From Octopus sinensis (taxonomy: Eukaryota), in contig NC_043016.1 in assembly GCF_006345805.1 (NCBI RefSeq), forward strand, positions 10,354,001 to 10,418,000: a stretch of DNA of 64,000 nt. Reading direction: 5' to 3'. Below the pieces are notes generated by a model. The model had not been told where the DNA came from, did not search any database, and saw only the letters and a list, made by a program, of their open reading frames with translations. Numbering within the stretch: the first letter of the stretch is position 1; every line of letters starts with the position of its first letter. The position numbers and the translations under genes are program-made. This document shows, in pieces, positions 36,236 to 48,840 of this stretch.

Positions 36236-37479
36236 AAAAATTATCATCATCATCATTGTTCTTATAATATTTCTTTTCTTTTTCTTTTTTCTTTCTTTTT
36301 TTTTTTTGATCTTTCTACAAATTGGAAAATCACTTGCCCCAGTGGTCAAATGGTTTCTCTCATGATTGTAAGATCCTGGTTTCAACTTCCAGGTCTTGAA
36401 CAAAACTTTTTCTTTACACACTGGGCCTGTCCACTCAACTGTACATGACTGTGAATCCAAACTGGTCGATCAGTTTCCCTCTTCTCCAGACTTAGCCCTA
36501 TCTGATTATCATCTATTCCCCGACCCAAAAACCCATTTGGCTGGGAACTAGTATAGCAGTGATGATGGCATCAAATCTGCTGCTGCTGTCTTTTTTGATC
36601 AACAGGATGAAAGATTCTTCATTGATAGCATCCAAGCATCCAGTAGCAATCCTGATGTAAGAAATGTGTGGATCGCAAGAGGGTGGGTGGGTGGCTATGA
36701 TGAAAAAATAAACCTCATTAGGTCGCATTCTAATGAGAGCATCTTGGTTGGCCTATGAACTTTTTAGCCAACCTCAGAAATTAATTCTGGAGACAGCTGG
36801 GAAATTAACCCTGTGACAAACCAGTGCCCTTTTTGATAGGGGTGTGTTGTAATCCCAGTCCCTTATATGCCTTAGAAACTGGGCTAAACTCTGGCCTTTT
36901 GAGTCCTAGGGATCATTAAGCTAAGTCCTAAGTTTGAGAAATAGTTCTGAATATGTTTCATAGATTTTTACATCTGTTTTGTTCATGTTTATTATGGGTT
37001 TGACATGATTTTGCCAAGAGAGACCAGTATTCAACCGCCAGAAGATGCCAATCCCTTATTTCTTTTCAAGCAAGGTGCTTTTATTTCACAACTTTGTACA
37101 AACCATTAAGCTCTACATTAAGTCTCTGTTGCATATAAACTTTGTCATTGACTAGTATCAACACGAAGATATGTGAAGAAGACAAGTATACACCTACTCT
37201 CTCTCTTTCACACACAGAGCTCACACACACACACATAAACACAGTGATGTGGACAAGAAAGAGGGGTGAAAAAGTTGCTAAGCAAGACTGTTAAATGTAG
37301 AGAATGAATGAGACAAAGAAAGTCTCCCTCACATAAACCCAACAGAGGGACCAGTTATTCTAGTGAATAGCAGTATAGTAGATAAGTCAATTAAAGATAT
37401 GAAAACCGGAAATCCCTGATCCATCTGAAATTACAGCTGAGATGCTAAAAATATCTGGTAAGGTAGGATACAGGTCAGT

Positions 37480-38335
37480 CATCCGCATAGTCAATCAGAT
37501 CATTCAGGAAGATGTAATACACCGTGACTGGCATGGCATCATTATTGTTAGCTACTTCAAGGGTGATGCTTTAGATAGAAGCAACAATAGAGGCGTCAAA
37601 CCCTGGACCAGGGGATGAAAATTACAGAAAGAGTTATAACCCAATTAATTAAGAGCAGAATTAGGGTAGATGAAATGCAGTTTGGCTTCATCCAGGGAAG
37701 AAGCACTACTGATACTATTTTCATAGTTAGACAATTGCGAGAGAAGTACTTAGCTAAGAATAAACCATAATACTTGGCATTTATTGATCTAGAGAAAGCC
37801 TTTGATTGAGTACCCTGCTGTGTGATATGGTGGGCTCCGAGGAGACCAGGGATAGAAGAGTGGTCGGTGAAAGCTGTACAAGTCCTGTACAAAGGCAATA
37901 AATAAAGTGAGAGTACAGTAAAAAATTTGGTGTAGGGGTAGGGGCTCATCAAAGCTCCTCAGTTCCCTTCTTTTCATCATTGTCTTCCAGGCCTTAACAG
38001 AGAAATTCAAGATTGGCAGCCCCTGGGAACTACAATATCCTGATGATCTTGCCCTCATAGCAGATTCCATACAAGAGCAGGAAGAGAAATTCCTGGTATG
38101 GAAGTAAAATCTGGAACTAAAGGGCTTAAGGCTAACTTGGCAAAGACTTGGGTTCTAGTAAGCAAGAGAACTGATAGGGTCCTACTCCCTTCAAGTAGGT
38201 GGTCCTTTTCAAGTTGTAGGAAAGATGTAGGCAGGAACTCCATATGGTGTTCCCAGTGTAATCTATGGACACACAAGAGGTGCAGTGGATTAATATGAAG
38301 ATTATCAGAAAAGGTAATGTTCTTATGTGGAAGAA
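37480..38335 (+). mobile_element. Decayed RTE-clade LINE reverse transcriptase fragment
   Basis: KGDALDRSN.RG; MKITERVITQLIKSRIRVDEMQFGFIQGRSTTDTIFIVRQLREKYLAKNKP*YLAFIDLEKAFD; PWELQYPDDLALIA (YADD box); then CRKDVGRNSIWCSQCNLWTHKRCS. Stops and deletions are present. Confidence 0.92.
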
Positions 38336-38339
38336 GCAG

Positions 38340-38760
38340 ATGCTAATTTAATTGGCAAGGATGTTGCTTTGGGATTTAATGGCAACAAGTCTCCTGAAAT
38401 CTCAAGAATCTTTCATCGGATTCTTGCAGAATACAGGGTAACAATTTTCTGCAGGTTGACAAATTGAGTCTCAGTTCCGGTATCTTTCATTGTCTTAGGC
38501 AGCAATCCTGGTTCTGTTGTGCCAAGAACACCAATTACCACAAGAATTACTCTGTTCTTTTAGTTTTGCCCAATTTCTCCGACTCTCCAGCTAGAACCTG
38601 ATATTTCTCAATTCTTTCAGTTCTTTTGGGTCTCCCCTTTGTTATCATACGGATAGTGCCAAATCTATCATCTTACACTGTTTTCCCATTTTGTTCCTCT
38701 ATAATTATATTCGGTGTCTTTGCTCTGTTTGTATAGTTAGTCTTTATTAGGAAGTCTCAT
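38340..38760 (-). mobile_element. Decayed RLE-type (R4/Dong-like) LINE C-terminal fragment
   Basis: Minus strand gives RPDIIIEE...MIDLAL and RVILVVIGVLGT motifs with frameshifts. Confidence 0.6.
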
Positions 38761-39419
38761 TAAATTCTGTAAATATTACAGGGTTGTGATAGAGAATAAG
38801 AATTATTATCAATATTTCTGTTTACATTGTTGTTGCTTTGTTTTATATGAGCTGTTCCAAGTCTAATCACTTTGCAGAATTTGATCACAGAGCAGAAACC
38901 TAGACAAGAAGGTGTTTTATTGATACTATAATATTTCCACTCACTTTTGTCCTCACCCAAGTTTGATATAATATACATTACCCATATATAATAAAAGAAA
39001 ATTGTTTAATTCATGAACTGTTCCAAGTTTCATCAGCAAGTTGGACATTTTATAATTGGTATTATTTATGATTATCATTCATATGTTCTTGTGAAAGGAG
39101 TTCAAAATCTATGGACTAAGATTCTGCTTAATTTATAATAATTTTAAGAGAATTTGGTATTTTCAAGTTGACAGAGTTTTACTTAGGATGTGGGAAGAAC
39201 TCATTAGGACAAACTATGCCAGGTGGAATGTGTAGCAGTATTTCATCTGTCTTCATATTCTGAGTTCAAACAAATTCTGCCATGATCTAATTTGCCTTTC
39301 ATCTTTTGGAGTTGATAAAATAAGCACCAGTTGTGTACTGGGGTCGATCTAATCGACTGGCCCCTCCCCCAAAATTTCGGGCCTTGTGCCTAGAGTAGAA
39401 AAGATTATTATTATCATTT

Positions 39420-39930
39420 ATTGTCTTGCACATCTTCTAACACTAAAGATATACTATGGTGCCAGCTGTTTACTGCCAATGAAATAAGGTAACACCCCTT
39501 ATTTTTCGAGCACTATCCAGAGCATTCAAGCGGTTCCAAGTAATGCTGTTTTCTGCAAGTGCTCCACCATTATTGCAGCCCCTATTTGTTCCATGTACTT
39601 CTCAAGATTTTTACTCACTGTTCCCAGGACTCCGACAACTATTGGTACTACCACCACCTTTATCAGCGACCGCAACTGCTTAACCTCCCAAGCTAACCTG
39701 TCACATATATTGACTTTTCTTTCTTCTTTATTGCATACTTTGTCAGCTGGGCATGCTATATCTATAACCCAGCATCATTTGCAGTCATTCTCAATTAACA
39801 GTATGTCTAGTTTCCTATTCTTTATCTAATGGGTCGCACTGAATCATAAAATCCCATAGGATCTTTGCATTATCATTTTCGATGATAACTTCGGGTTTAT
39901 TTTCATATCACTATTTTGCTCTGTCAAGTC
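39420..39930 (-). mobile_element. 5'-truncated R4/Dong-like element (RLE domain) in (TTA)n
   Basis: Minus strand: KPEVIIENDNAKILWDF; KLDILLIEN..CWVIDIACP; VVVVPIVVGVLGTVSKNLEKYMEQIG...LQKTALLGTA. TTA repeats lie at both ends. Confidence 0.85.
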
Positions 39931-40194
39931 CATATTTATTATTATTATTGTTATTATTATTATAATCATTATTATCATTATTATTATTATTACTTTAAAT
40001 ATTAATATTAAGGTGGTGTGCTGGTAGAATCATAACCATGCTAGGTAAAACTGCTAAGTCGCATTATTTTTGGCCAGCATCCTTTGCATGAGCAATAAAT
40101 TAAGTGTTACTCAAATACTAGGGTCGATGTAACTGACTTACCCTCTCCCCTAAATTTGCTGGACTTGTACTAAAATTTGAAACCATTATTATTA

Positions 40195-40725
40195 TTAAGT
40201 GAGAAAGCAATGCAGGCCATCAAAGTGATACTGGGGTGCAAATATTCAAAACCCAATATACCCATCATGACAACTCATCTAATGAGGGCACACCAGGCAC
40301 ATGCATCACAACCATATGTGCGCGACATGGTGACCTCATATCAAGATTAACAGTGCACGACCTTACAGGTGGGGGATCAGTTAGAATTTTCCTTCAGGTT
40401 GAGAAGCCCATCCTGCTCAAAAGGTCCCTGAATAAGGGTTATTTAAGGATTTTGAACAAAACACCCTTGTTTCCAGTGGTGAATTATTCAAACCCCAAAG
40501 AATCCCTCTCAACACATGGCTATGATGCTCCCCCACTACTTCTGCTTGTGATCAGAGACGAACATATCGTCAGCCACTAAGAGACATGGTCAACTGGTTA
40601 AGGTCAAACAACTGACAAGTAAATCTGTGGTATTGAGCAGAATATTTGCTGTAGCCCATCTTTTATACCAAGACAAAACAATGTACATGATGACACTTAC
40701 AATCAGTTAAGATCAGAAGCCATGG
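40195..40725 (-). mobile_element. ~550-bp (TAA)n-associated non-coding element
   Basis: Reverse complement of 48860-49396; begins right after attattatta. Confidence 0.88.
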
Positions 40726-42459
40726 AAGCTTGGTACTTCATATTATTTAAAAAATGACAAACTGCTTTAAAGCTGCAAAACGCTTCTTTTGTGTGGGTGG
40801 CCATTGAATTCATGGATTTCCCATCTAATTCCCATCAACTTTGTATGAAGAGGGTTGTGTTTGAAATTTATTCCATTAATAAATTTACTTTCACACTAAT
40901 TCATTTCCACATCGCAAGTGTGTTGCTTAGTTCTTGTTGTTGACTACTTTAGCATATTAATTAGTTTTTGCTAATCAAATAAAGTAATTCTAATCTTGGT
41001 TATTTGAATTTCATCTTCACTTGTTTGGATAATAGTCATATAATTTAATAATTTTGCAGCTCCTGATTTAATTGTATGTGTAATCAAGATCCAGTGTCTA
41101 AGAATATTGTTGTCCGTAACTCTATACATTCACTTTTGTTTGTGTTGCATGTCTGGTTTCGAATGGACATTTAGTATTAAGATGAAGATTGAGTACATAA
41201 TTGAAGCCAGTTAATGTTCGAATGGGTGCGTGACACTTTTAAAGGAAATGTTGTCATTATCATCATTATGATAGTAGGGCAGGGATGGGGGAGTCGACTG
41301 GTCCATATATACACATCAGAAATAAACAGTTCTCTCTCTTCAGCGCTTATATCTTTCTTTCTCTTACTTTCTTTCCTCTTTCTCTCGCTCTCTTGTTAGA
41401 AAGGGTTATTAACTTTGCATTTCAACTCTTCAAGATTTGATAAATCAAATACCAGTCAACAAAGCAAAAGAATCATTAAAGCAGCTTCTATGCAAGTCTT
41501 GCAGCCCCCTACTAGAAATAGCAGCCAAACCACTTAATAAAATCCTGATACCGTAAAAAGGAAGTTATGTGATCAACAGCAGAAATTCCTTTAAGAATAG
41601 GTCCACTCGCCTGTTCTACCAAACCTGACAGGGGGAGCTGAAGAATGAAATTACGAAGAAAGAAAACGAAGAGGAGAAGAATAAGGATGAAGGTGATGAT
41701 GATAATAATGATAAGGATGATCCTTTCTGCTATAGGCACAAGGCCTTAAATTATTGGAGAAGGGGCTAGTTAAAGACAATAATCCCAGTGCTTGATTGGT
41801 GCTGAATTTGTCTACCCTGAAACAACGAAAGGCAAAGTCGACCTCAGTTGAATTTGAACTTAGAACATAGAAATGGGTAAAATGCTGCTAAACATGTCCT
41901 AATGATTCTACCACCTCACCTCTACAATAATAATAATCCTTTCTACAAAAGGCCCAAGGTCTGAAATTTGTGGGGAGGGAACTGGTACTTAATTTATTGA
42001 CCTGAAAGGATGAACAGCAATCGATTTGAAGCATGTAACAACAACAAAATCAACAATAATGGTTTTTCAATTATGACACAAAGCTAGCAATTTTAGAAGG
42101 GGTTAAGTTAATTGCATCTTCCCCAGTTCATGACTGGTACTTTATTTTATTGATCCCCCACTACCACCACCGAAGAGATGAAAAGCAAAGTTGACATTAT
42201 TGGGATTTGAACTTAGAAATGTATCTAAGCATTTTGTCCAGCTAACTAATGGTTCTGCCAGCTCCAATGAGAATGGTAAGAAGAAGAATAACACCGTTAA
42301 AATTAACTGCGGCAACAACACTAGAAACCAGTTGCATTGTCTTTACTCAGCTCTTCTACAAAGATTTGGCTTTATGTCTATGTTGTGCTTGAGAAGACCC
42401 GTCAAGCCAAACGGAATCATAGTCACGGACAATGCCAGAGTCATATAACTGGCAACTGT

Positions 42460-42660
42460 GCCAGTGGCACGTAAAGAGTACCTATTGCACTCTTTGAATG
42501 GTTGGTGTTAGAAAGGGCATCCAGCTGTAGAAATCATGCCGGATCAGATTGGAAGGAACCTGGTACAGCTCTCCAGCTTACCAGTTTTCAGTGAAACCAT
42601 CTAACCCATATGCCAGCATGGGAAGCAGATGCTGAATCATGATGGTGATGATGATGATGA
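42460..42660 (+). mobile_element. Family C repeat
   Basis: ggcacgtaaagagtacc...ggttggtgttagaaagggcatccagctgtag, with a (GAT)n tail. Confidence 0.75.
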
Positions 42661-42849
42661 TGCTATGAAATGAATCTATATGTATTAATTATGACAAAAT
42701 GGTTACACCGTGATGAAATCTATGATCTACTTGCTAGCATACTTTCCTATGCATTCCAGTGATCTCCCCCCCCACCCTACAGGTAAGACATCTGGCTAAT
42801 GAAAAGGAGTTGCATTGATAGTAGCTGTCTAGAAGGGTTCTGCATAGAT

Positions 42850-43691
42850 TAGTGGTTCCTAACCATTTTTTACTCATGGACTTCCTTTGATTCCCTAATA
42901 GCCATTCCATGTTTAAAAAAAAATTTTTTATTAATATTTTTGTAATTAAATGTTGTTAGAGATTCTTTTATTCCTTTACCTGTTTCAGTCATTTGACTGC
43001 AGCCATACTGGAGCACCACATAGTGGGGGTTTTAGTAAAACAAATCGACCCCAGGACTTGTTTTTTTAAGCTTAGTACTTATATTACAAATACAGAGAAC
43101 AAGAATAACAACAAGTGTCTTTCGACTAAAAAGACAAGTTGTTAAGCTGGCAGGTGAAGTGGAAGCCTTACGACAACAAAATTAAAGTCAGGAGACAGGA
43201 AAATAAGGTGTCGTGCGAGCTGTGGTCAGGCCAAGAAAGAAAGATCATACTTGGCCAAGCACTGGTCAAATGGGGAGTGGGGCAGAGGGATTGAAGAATT
43301 AGGGAAGGAACTAGAGGGAAAGTGAGAGAGAGGGAAAGGTACAAGGGAGGTGACAGAGGAAAGTAGAGAGATTAAAGAAAGAGAATGCCAAGAAACGTGA
43401 GAGAGAGTGAACAAGAATGACGGGCTTCTTTCAGTTTCCATCTACCAAATCCACTCACAAGGCTTTGATCGGCCCGGGACTATACTAGAAGGTGTCATGC
43501 AGTGGGACTGAACCTGGAACCTTGTGAATGGGAAGCAAGCTTCTTACCTCACAGCCACGCCTGTGTTTATAGTCTGAGTATTGTAAAAATATAACCAATT
43601 TATTGCAAATAAATTTTAGCAACAAAATCTTTATATAGACCTTGCCTCCTCCCCCAAAGGTCATTTGGAGGATTCCAGTTGAGAATCACTA
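42850..43691. mobile_element. hAT (Buster-like) MITE with 8-bp TSD GCATAGAT, carrying nested SINE A pieces
   Basis: TSD at 42842-42849 and 43692-43699; termini tagtggttcctaacc / gttgagaatcacta; SINE A halves at ~42965-43080 and ~43420-43565. Confidence 0.72.
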
Positions 43692-44294
43692 GCATAGATA
43701 ATAGGTACTGCCCCTTCCTTGATTCAATATTATAAAATGGAAGAGAAAAATGGTAATGTTTGTTAAAAAAAGAAAAGAAAAAATCTAAAAGAAATTTTGG
43801 GGAAATCCATTCATATGAATATTTGTTTATAGATAAAAACTACTCCATGGAAATGACTAAGTGACTAATGGCTGATGTAAAACGCCAGAGTACTTAGAGA
43901 GGTTTCCATTGAGTATTTAAGTGGATGGTGAGGGCAGGAGAGAGAGAGATAGGGAGGTAGGGACTGCAGCAGATGAAGTTGTAAACCGCGTTTCAAACCG
44001 GTCGATCACTGGGGAAATCCTGCTATTTTCGTGTTTACATCTCGCAGCAGTCTCCAAATGATGTATTATCAGCACATAAAACATGCCACACATGCACACA
44101 TATACACATACACACGCACATACACACACATAGATAATCTTTTTGTTTGTTTTTTTAATGGTAGTCTCTGGAGTCTGAGAAAGGTGATTCCACAACTTGT
44201 TGCTAGACAACTCGAACAAATGATTTGTTTTCTAGTGATGCTTGTGTTGCACACAATCTCACTCCCATCCATCAAATTGGCATTCACTAATCTA

Positions 44295-44470
44295 TTAAGG
44301 CAGAGAGCTGACAGAACCGTTAGCGAGTCGAATAAAATGCTTAGCAGCATTTTTTTCCCGACATTAAGTACCAGTAACGCACTGGGGTTGATGTAATCGA
44401 CTTAATCCCTTTTGTCAGAATGTAAAACTGGAAAAAATGTTGCTAAGCATTTTGTCCGACATTGCTAGTA
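44295..44470 (+). mobile_element. Internally deleted SINE family B joined to an inverted fragment
   Basis: ggcagagagctgacagaaccgttagc...attaagtaccagtaacgcactggggttgatgtaatcgacttaatcc. Confidence 0.65.
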
Positions 44471-45870
44471 AAAGTTCACTCAAAACCTTTCGAGAAAGAC
44501 AGAGAATGGCATACCACGTGTTGGTTGCCAAAATGATTGTGGTGCAACATGACATTAAGTGTTTTGTTCAAGAATCCAATGCACTGCCCAATCCAAGAAT
44601 TGAAACCATAATCTTCATGATTGTGAATGTATCACCCTAATGGCTAGGCTATCATAAGTGTGGGGATGAAATTTGCTTATCAGTGCAAACCCAGTTTTTC
44701 AGGAGAATGTTCAGTGTTTTCACCAACAAAAAAGTAAAAAATTTAGGGGCTCTATTTGCATGCCCTGTGCCCCCTGTTTCTCGGAGGAATTTCAACCATG
44801 TTTCGTGGTCTGCTACCACAACAGCTCCTTTATAGGATCCAGTTAACTGAAGACATAATCAGGAGGAACCACATCAAGTTTCGGTTCCTACTCCTCTACT
44901 GTTTTGACGTGGCGTGGCCCCTCTTTCGGAGGAGTTTTCAGCTCTGGTGTTGGGTGCATGTCTTCCTTCTTTCTTCTGTTCCCTGGACTCTTCGATGTAG
45001 CATCAACGAGTGTCAGCGGGCGACTGACTGTCTTGTCAAATTTCCCTTTAAATACCTGCTGCTAGGCTCCAGCAGGCAGCCCCAGCAAGTTGTCACGTGA
45101 CACTGTCTCAACTTTAACTGACCAATGAAGGCGCGTAGTCTTAGCCCATGCATTCTCTAAACGAGACCGTCGCCTGTCAATCAGCAAAGCTAATTCAGTG
45201 TCAGCTTGTCTCACCTAGTGATCTTATTTCCTGCCGGCATGTTATGACTTTCAAGCCGTCTTTGGTCTTCCTGCTTCAGCCATATATAGAACCTATGTAG
45301 ATTATTTGCCTTTACACATCATACAGGCATTCATACTTACAGACACATTTACATACAAACTTATATGCATATTCTCATTTATTATAGTTAAAGGAATAAA
45401 AAATGTGTTTTGCCTGTAGAGAATTCACCTTCAAAGAAGAGATGATCTCTTTTAGGCTTAATTCTATTACATTGATAAATGTATTTACTTTTTAGTTCTT
45501 TATAATTTTTGTCTTTATTTCTTCATAAAATATAGTTCCTAAAGTTGATTTTTTATCTTTATTAAAGTTTTTAGGCAACAGTAATCACATATCGTCTATT
45601 CCATTACTCTTTTGGAATCTTCAGCATGGCATAACCCAAGACAAATAATTAATTTAGCTAAATTCAACAAGCTTCATGAAGCGAGGTTTCTTAAAAAAGA
45701 GAGGAAATAGTTAAGTCTAAAAGCACATTTCATTTCATGTTTACCTAAAAAATTATTATAAGTAAAAAAAAAAAAATGAATTTTTATGTTTGTATATAGC
45801 TTAAGCATTTCTCATATTTTCCTGTCTCTCACCAAAATCCAATTTGTTGTATGACAGTCATTAAGATAAA

Positions 45871-46253
45871 TCTCTCTCTATATAAATGGCAGTTTGTCTG
45901 TCTGCGTGTCTGTGTGTCTGTTAGGTTGTACCCTCACCCTGACCACGGCTTTCAACCGATTCTGATGAAACTTGACACACACATAGCCCAATGTCATAAT
46001 TCAAAACTAACGCAGCGAAAATTTTGAAAAGTTCCCCCAGTTCTGAAAAAAATCGATAAATTCGACATGGCGTCGAGAATCAGAAACACAAACCACAGAC
46101 CGTCTAGGGGACGCAACTCGACCTTTTTAACTCTCAAAAAAATTTACCATAATTTTTTTCCCATTTTTTTGCTATTTTTTGGCTATAACTCTCTAAAAAT
46201 GCTTTATAGTTATTTCCCTTACAAACCCGAGCAACGCCGGGCGATACTGCTAG
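45871..46253 (+). mobile_element. Non-autonomous Helitron, subfamily 3
   Basis: A|TC...cccgagcaacgccggg-cgatactg-CTAG|T. The 3' ~110 bp is shared with subfamily 2; the 5' part is different. Confidence 0.85.
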
Positions 46254-46974
46254 TCATATATTAATAGTAACTTTCTTTGTCATTTGATTTGGACCATCAA
46301 GTGTGTGTGTGTGCACACATATATGAATGTATGTGTGTGTGTGCACACATATATGAATGTATGTGTGTGCATGTGTGTGTGTGTGTGCATGTGCATCACT
46401 TAAGTAAAATATATTATAGTGTGAGACATTAGTGATATATACATGTGTGTGTGTGTGTGTGTAACAGCTACTGCATAGAAGATTCATTTTAGCCATTCAA
46501 AACCACACAGAAACTGTCACCTTCCCTTAATCAGTTATTACTCGGTTTCAAAATTTTCTTCATGATGTCTGAAACCTGGTCACTTCCACAGTTCCACTGC
46601 AGTAGAAGTTAACGATTACATGCAATTACACGTGTTTTTTCAATGGCTAAAACGAGTCTTTCACACTGTAATTGCTTTAGCTTCAAGACACGGTGGTCCC
46701 GACTAAAATCACATTCCAGAATCCAAAACAGAATCTCTGTCACTCATGTATAGAAAGTGCTGAATGACATGTGGGTTGAGAAATGCCTTTTGTTGTTACA
46801 AGGGACATGGCTACTTGTCTAGTAGTGCAGGTATCACAAAAAAAAAAAAGGGAAAACAAAACAATAAATCTTAGTGCATGCAGTAAATGTGTAGGGTGGA
46901 GAAAATTATTTAGTCTTGTCTAGGAAATGACAACTTCTCTAACGCTGGTGCCATAAAAAAACAAGAATAGTAAC

Positions 46975-47181
46975 TAGTGCACATTATTTACATTATCTAC
47001 ATTTGACGGATATTTGTCCTCATCTTGTTTATTGTTAACACAATGCTTTGGCTGATATACCCTCCAGCCTTCATCAGGTGTCTTGGAGAAATTTTGAACC
47101 TGGGTTCTCATTCTTAAGGTATTTTTCGATGGCGTAGTGGTTGGGCTACTAACCCCAAGATTCCAGACAGTAACTTGCATG

Positions 47182-47229
<48 letters not shown>

Positions 47230-47405
47230 GCATTGAAAGATACCTTAGGAATGAGAACCCAGGTTCGAAATTTCCCCCAAGACACCTGATGAAGGCTGGA
47301 GAGTATATCAGCCAAAACGTTGTGTTAACAACAAACAAGATGAGGACAAATATCCGTCAAATGTAAATAATGTACATAATTCCTCATCTCTTAAATATAG
47401 AACTG
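46975..47405. mobile_element. Head-to-head inverted pair of the hammerhead-bearing module around a tRNA-like head and (AAT)n
   Basis: Minus copy 46975-47129, head 47130-47180, (AAT)n to 47229, plus copy 47230-47405. Hammerhead-like motifs at 47037-47082 (-) and 47281-47326 (+), both with GAAA mutated. Confidence 0.85.
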
Positions 47406-47579
47406 TTGTAACTAGTGCATTGTGTAAAATGGTTAATGTTAGAAATGGCACCCAGCCAAAGAAACAAGCCAAAATTGAAACATGAGTGAAATACAGTCTA
47501 TGTAGGTGAACATTACCCACCCACTAAATAAGTATGACCGAAATGACTCCTCCAACCCATGTAAGCACAGAAAGTGACC

Positions 47580-48022
47580 ATATGATGAGGATGAGGAGGA
47601 TGACAATGGTCAAGCAGTCATATGATGATAGTGCTGTTGGTGTTTGTTATTAGTGATGATGATGACGATGACGACAGCAACAATGATGATGATGATGATG
47701 ATAGTGGTGGTGATGATGATGGTGATGACGATGATGATGAAAATGATGATACCAGTGATGTTGATAATGATGGTGATGACGATGATGATGATGATGATGA
47801 TGATAGCAGTGATGTTGATAATGATGGTGATGACAATGATGATAAAAATGATGATAGCAGTGATGTTGATAATGATGGTGATGATGATGATAGCAGTGAT
47901 GTTAATAATGATGTTGATGATGATGATGAAAATGATGATAGCAGTGATGTTGATAATGATGGTGATGATGATGATGATGATGATGATGATGGTCGTCTTC
48001 ATCACCATCATCATCATCATCA
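47580..48022. repeat. (GAT)n trinucleotide array with a higher-order unit
   Basis: gatagcagtgatgttgataatgatggtgatga recurs about 5 times among GAT runs. Confidence 0.93.
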
Positions 48023-48637
48023 CAACGCCATCATCTTCTGCATTTAGTCGAGTAGAATGCTGTCCTGTCTAATAGAATGTGAAAGCCACTGAGACCAATC
48101 GTCTGGTCCTTGAAATAACTCCAGCTGTTCTTCTCAATTTAGCTCTTTCATTACTGTCACCTTCCTATCATTTCATTATCTTTATCCAAACTTGCCACTG
48201 TTTGTCTGTAAACTGCATCCTGATAAGTTCTACAGCAGATTTGCCTTCCATTCCACCTGATTTATTACTGACGCAAACCTTCAAAAGACGCTTTTGGTAA
48301 ACATTTGTTCAGATAAGCCACAGCCATTAACCATTCCTAGCTACATTTAACCAGCAGCAACAATACCAAGGTTAGGCTTTTAGAAATAACTTCCTGGTGC
48401 TTTTATTTACTTTTCTCATCTGACTTCGTCATTGCTTTTCCTCTCAGAGATCCTTTATCGTTTGGAATTTTCTACAGTCGAGTTTTAATCTTTCTCCATA
48501 GACTAATGCCATTTGTCAACAGAAACTGAATCTCCTCAAACCTGTTCAATTATCCTTTTTCAGCAAATTCTATGACTGTGTGTTCAATACTTTAGAGATT
48601 TTCCCAAGGCAAAACAGACTTAATAATCATGATGATG

Positions 48638-48669
<32 letters not shown>

Positions 48670-48672
<3 letters not shown>

Positions 48673-48823
48673 TGCACTACTAGGCACTGCACGCATCCTA
48701 CGCAGAACACTTTCCATACAATAACCATCAGAGCATCACAACAAATCACAGCACATGCCCAAGGCACACAGAGCTGCGCTCGGTAGTGAAGTGAAAGCAC
48801 ACTATAAAAAATAAAACCACTGA
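48670..48823 (+). mobile_element. Very short 3' fragment of the same R4/Dong-like family as 24270-24570, within (AAT)n
   Basis: attgcactactaggcactgcacgcatcctacgcagaacactttccatacaataa...actgaataataat. Confidence 0.88.
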
Positions 48824-48840
48824 ATAATAATAATAATAAA

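Noticed and set aside
36513-36728. 71-aa minus-strand ORF in complex sequence
   Set aside because: No recognisable motif; it cannot be assigned without a database search.
37480-38335. Active retrotransposon or domesticated RT gene
   Set aside because: Multiple stops, frameshifts and deletions, and the catalytic box reads YPDD.
43145-43175. AGEV as part of the PC2 HGTRCAGEV exon
   Set aside because: The context is KLAGEVEALRQQN with no HGTRC and no splice sites; it lies inside a nested repeat.
47610-48072. Poly-Asp, poly-Met and poly-Ile ORFs
   Set aside because: By-products of the (GAT)n array.
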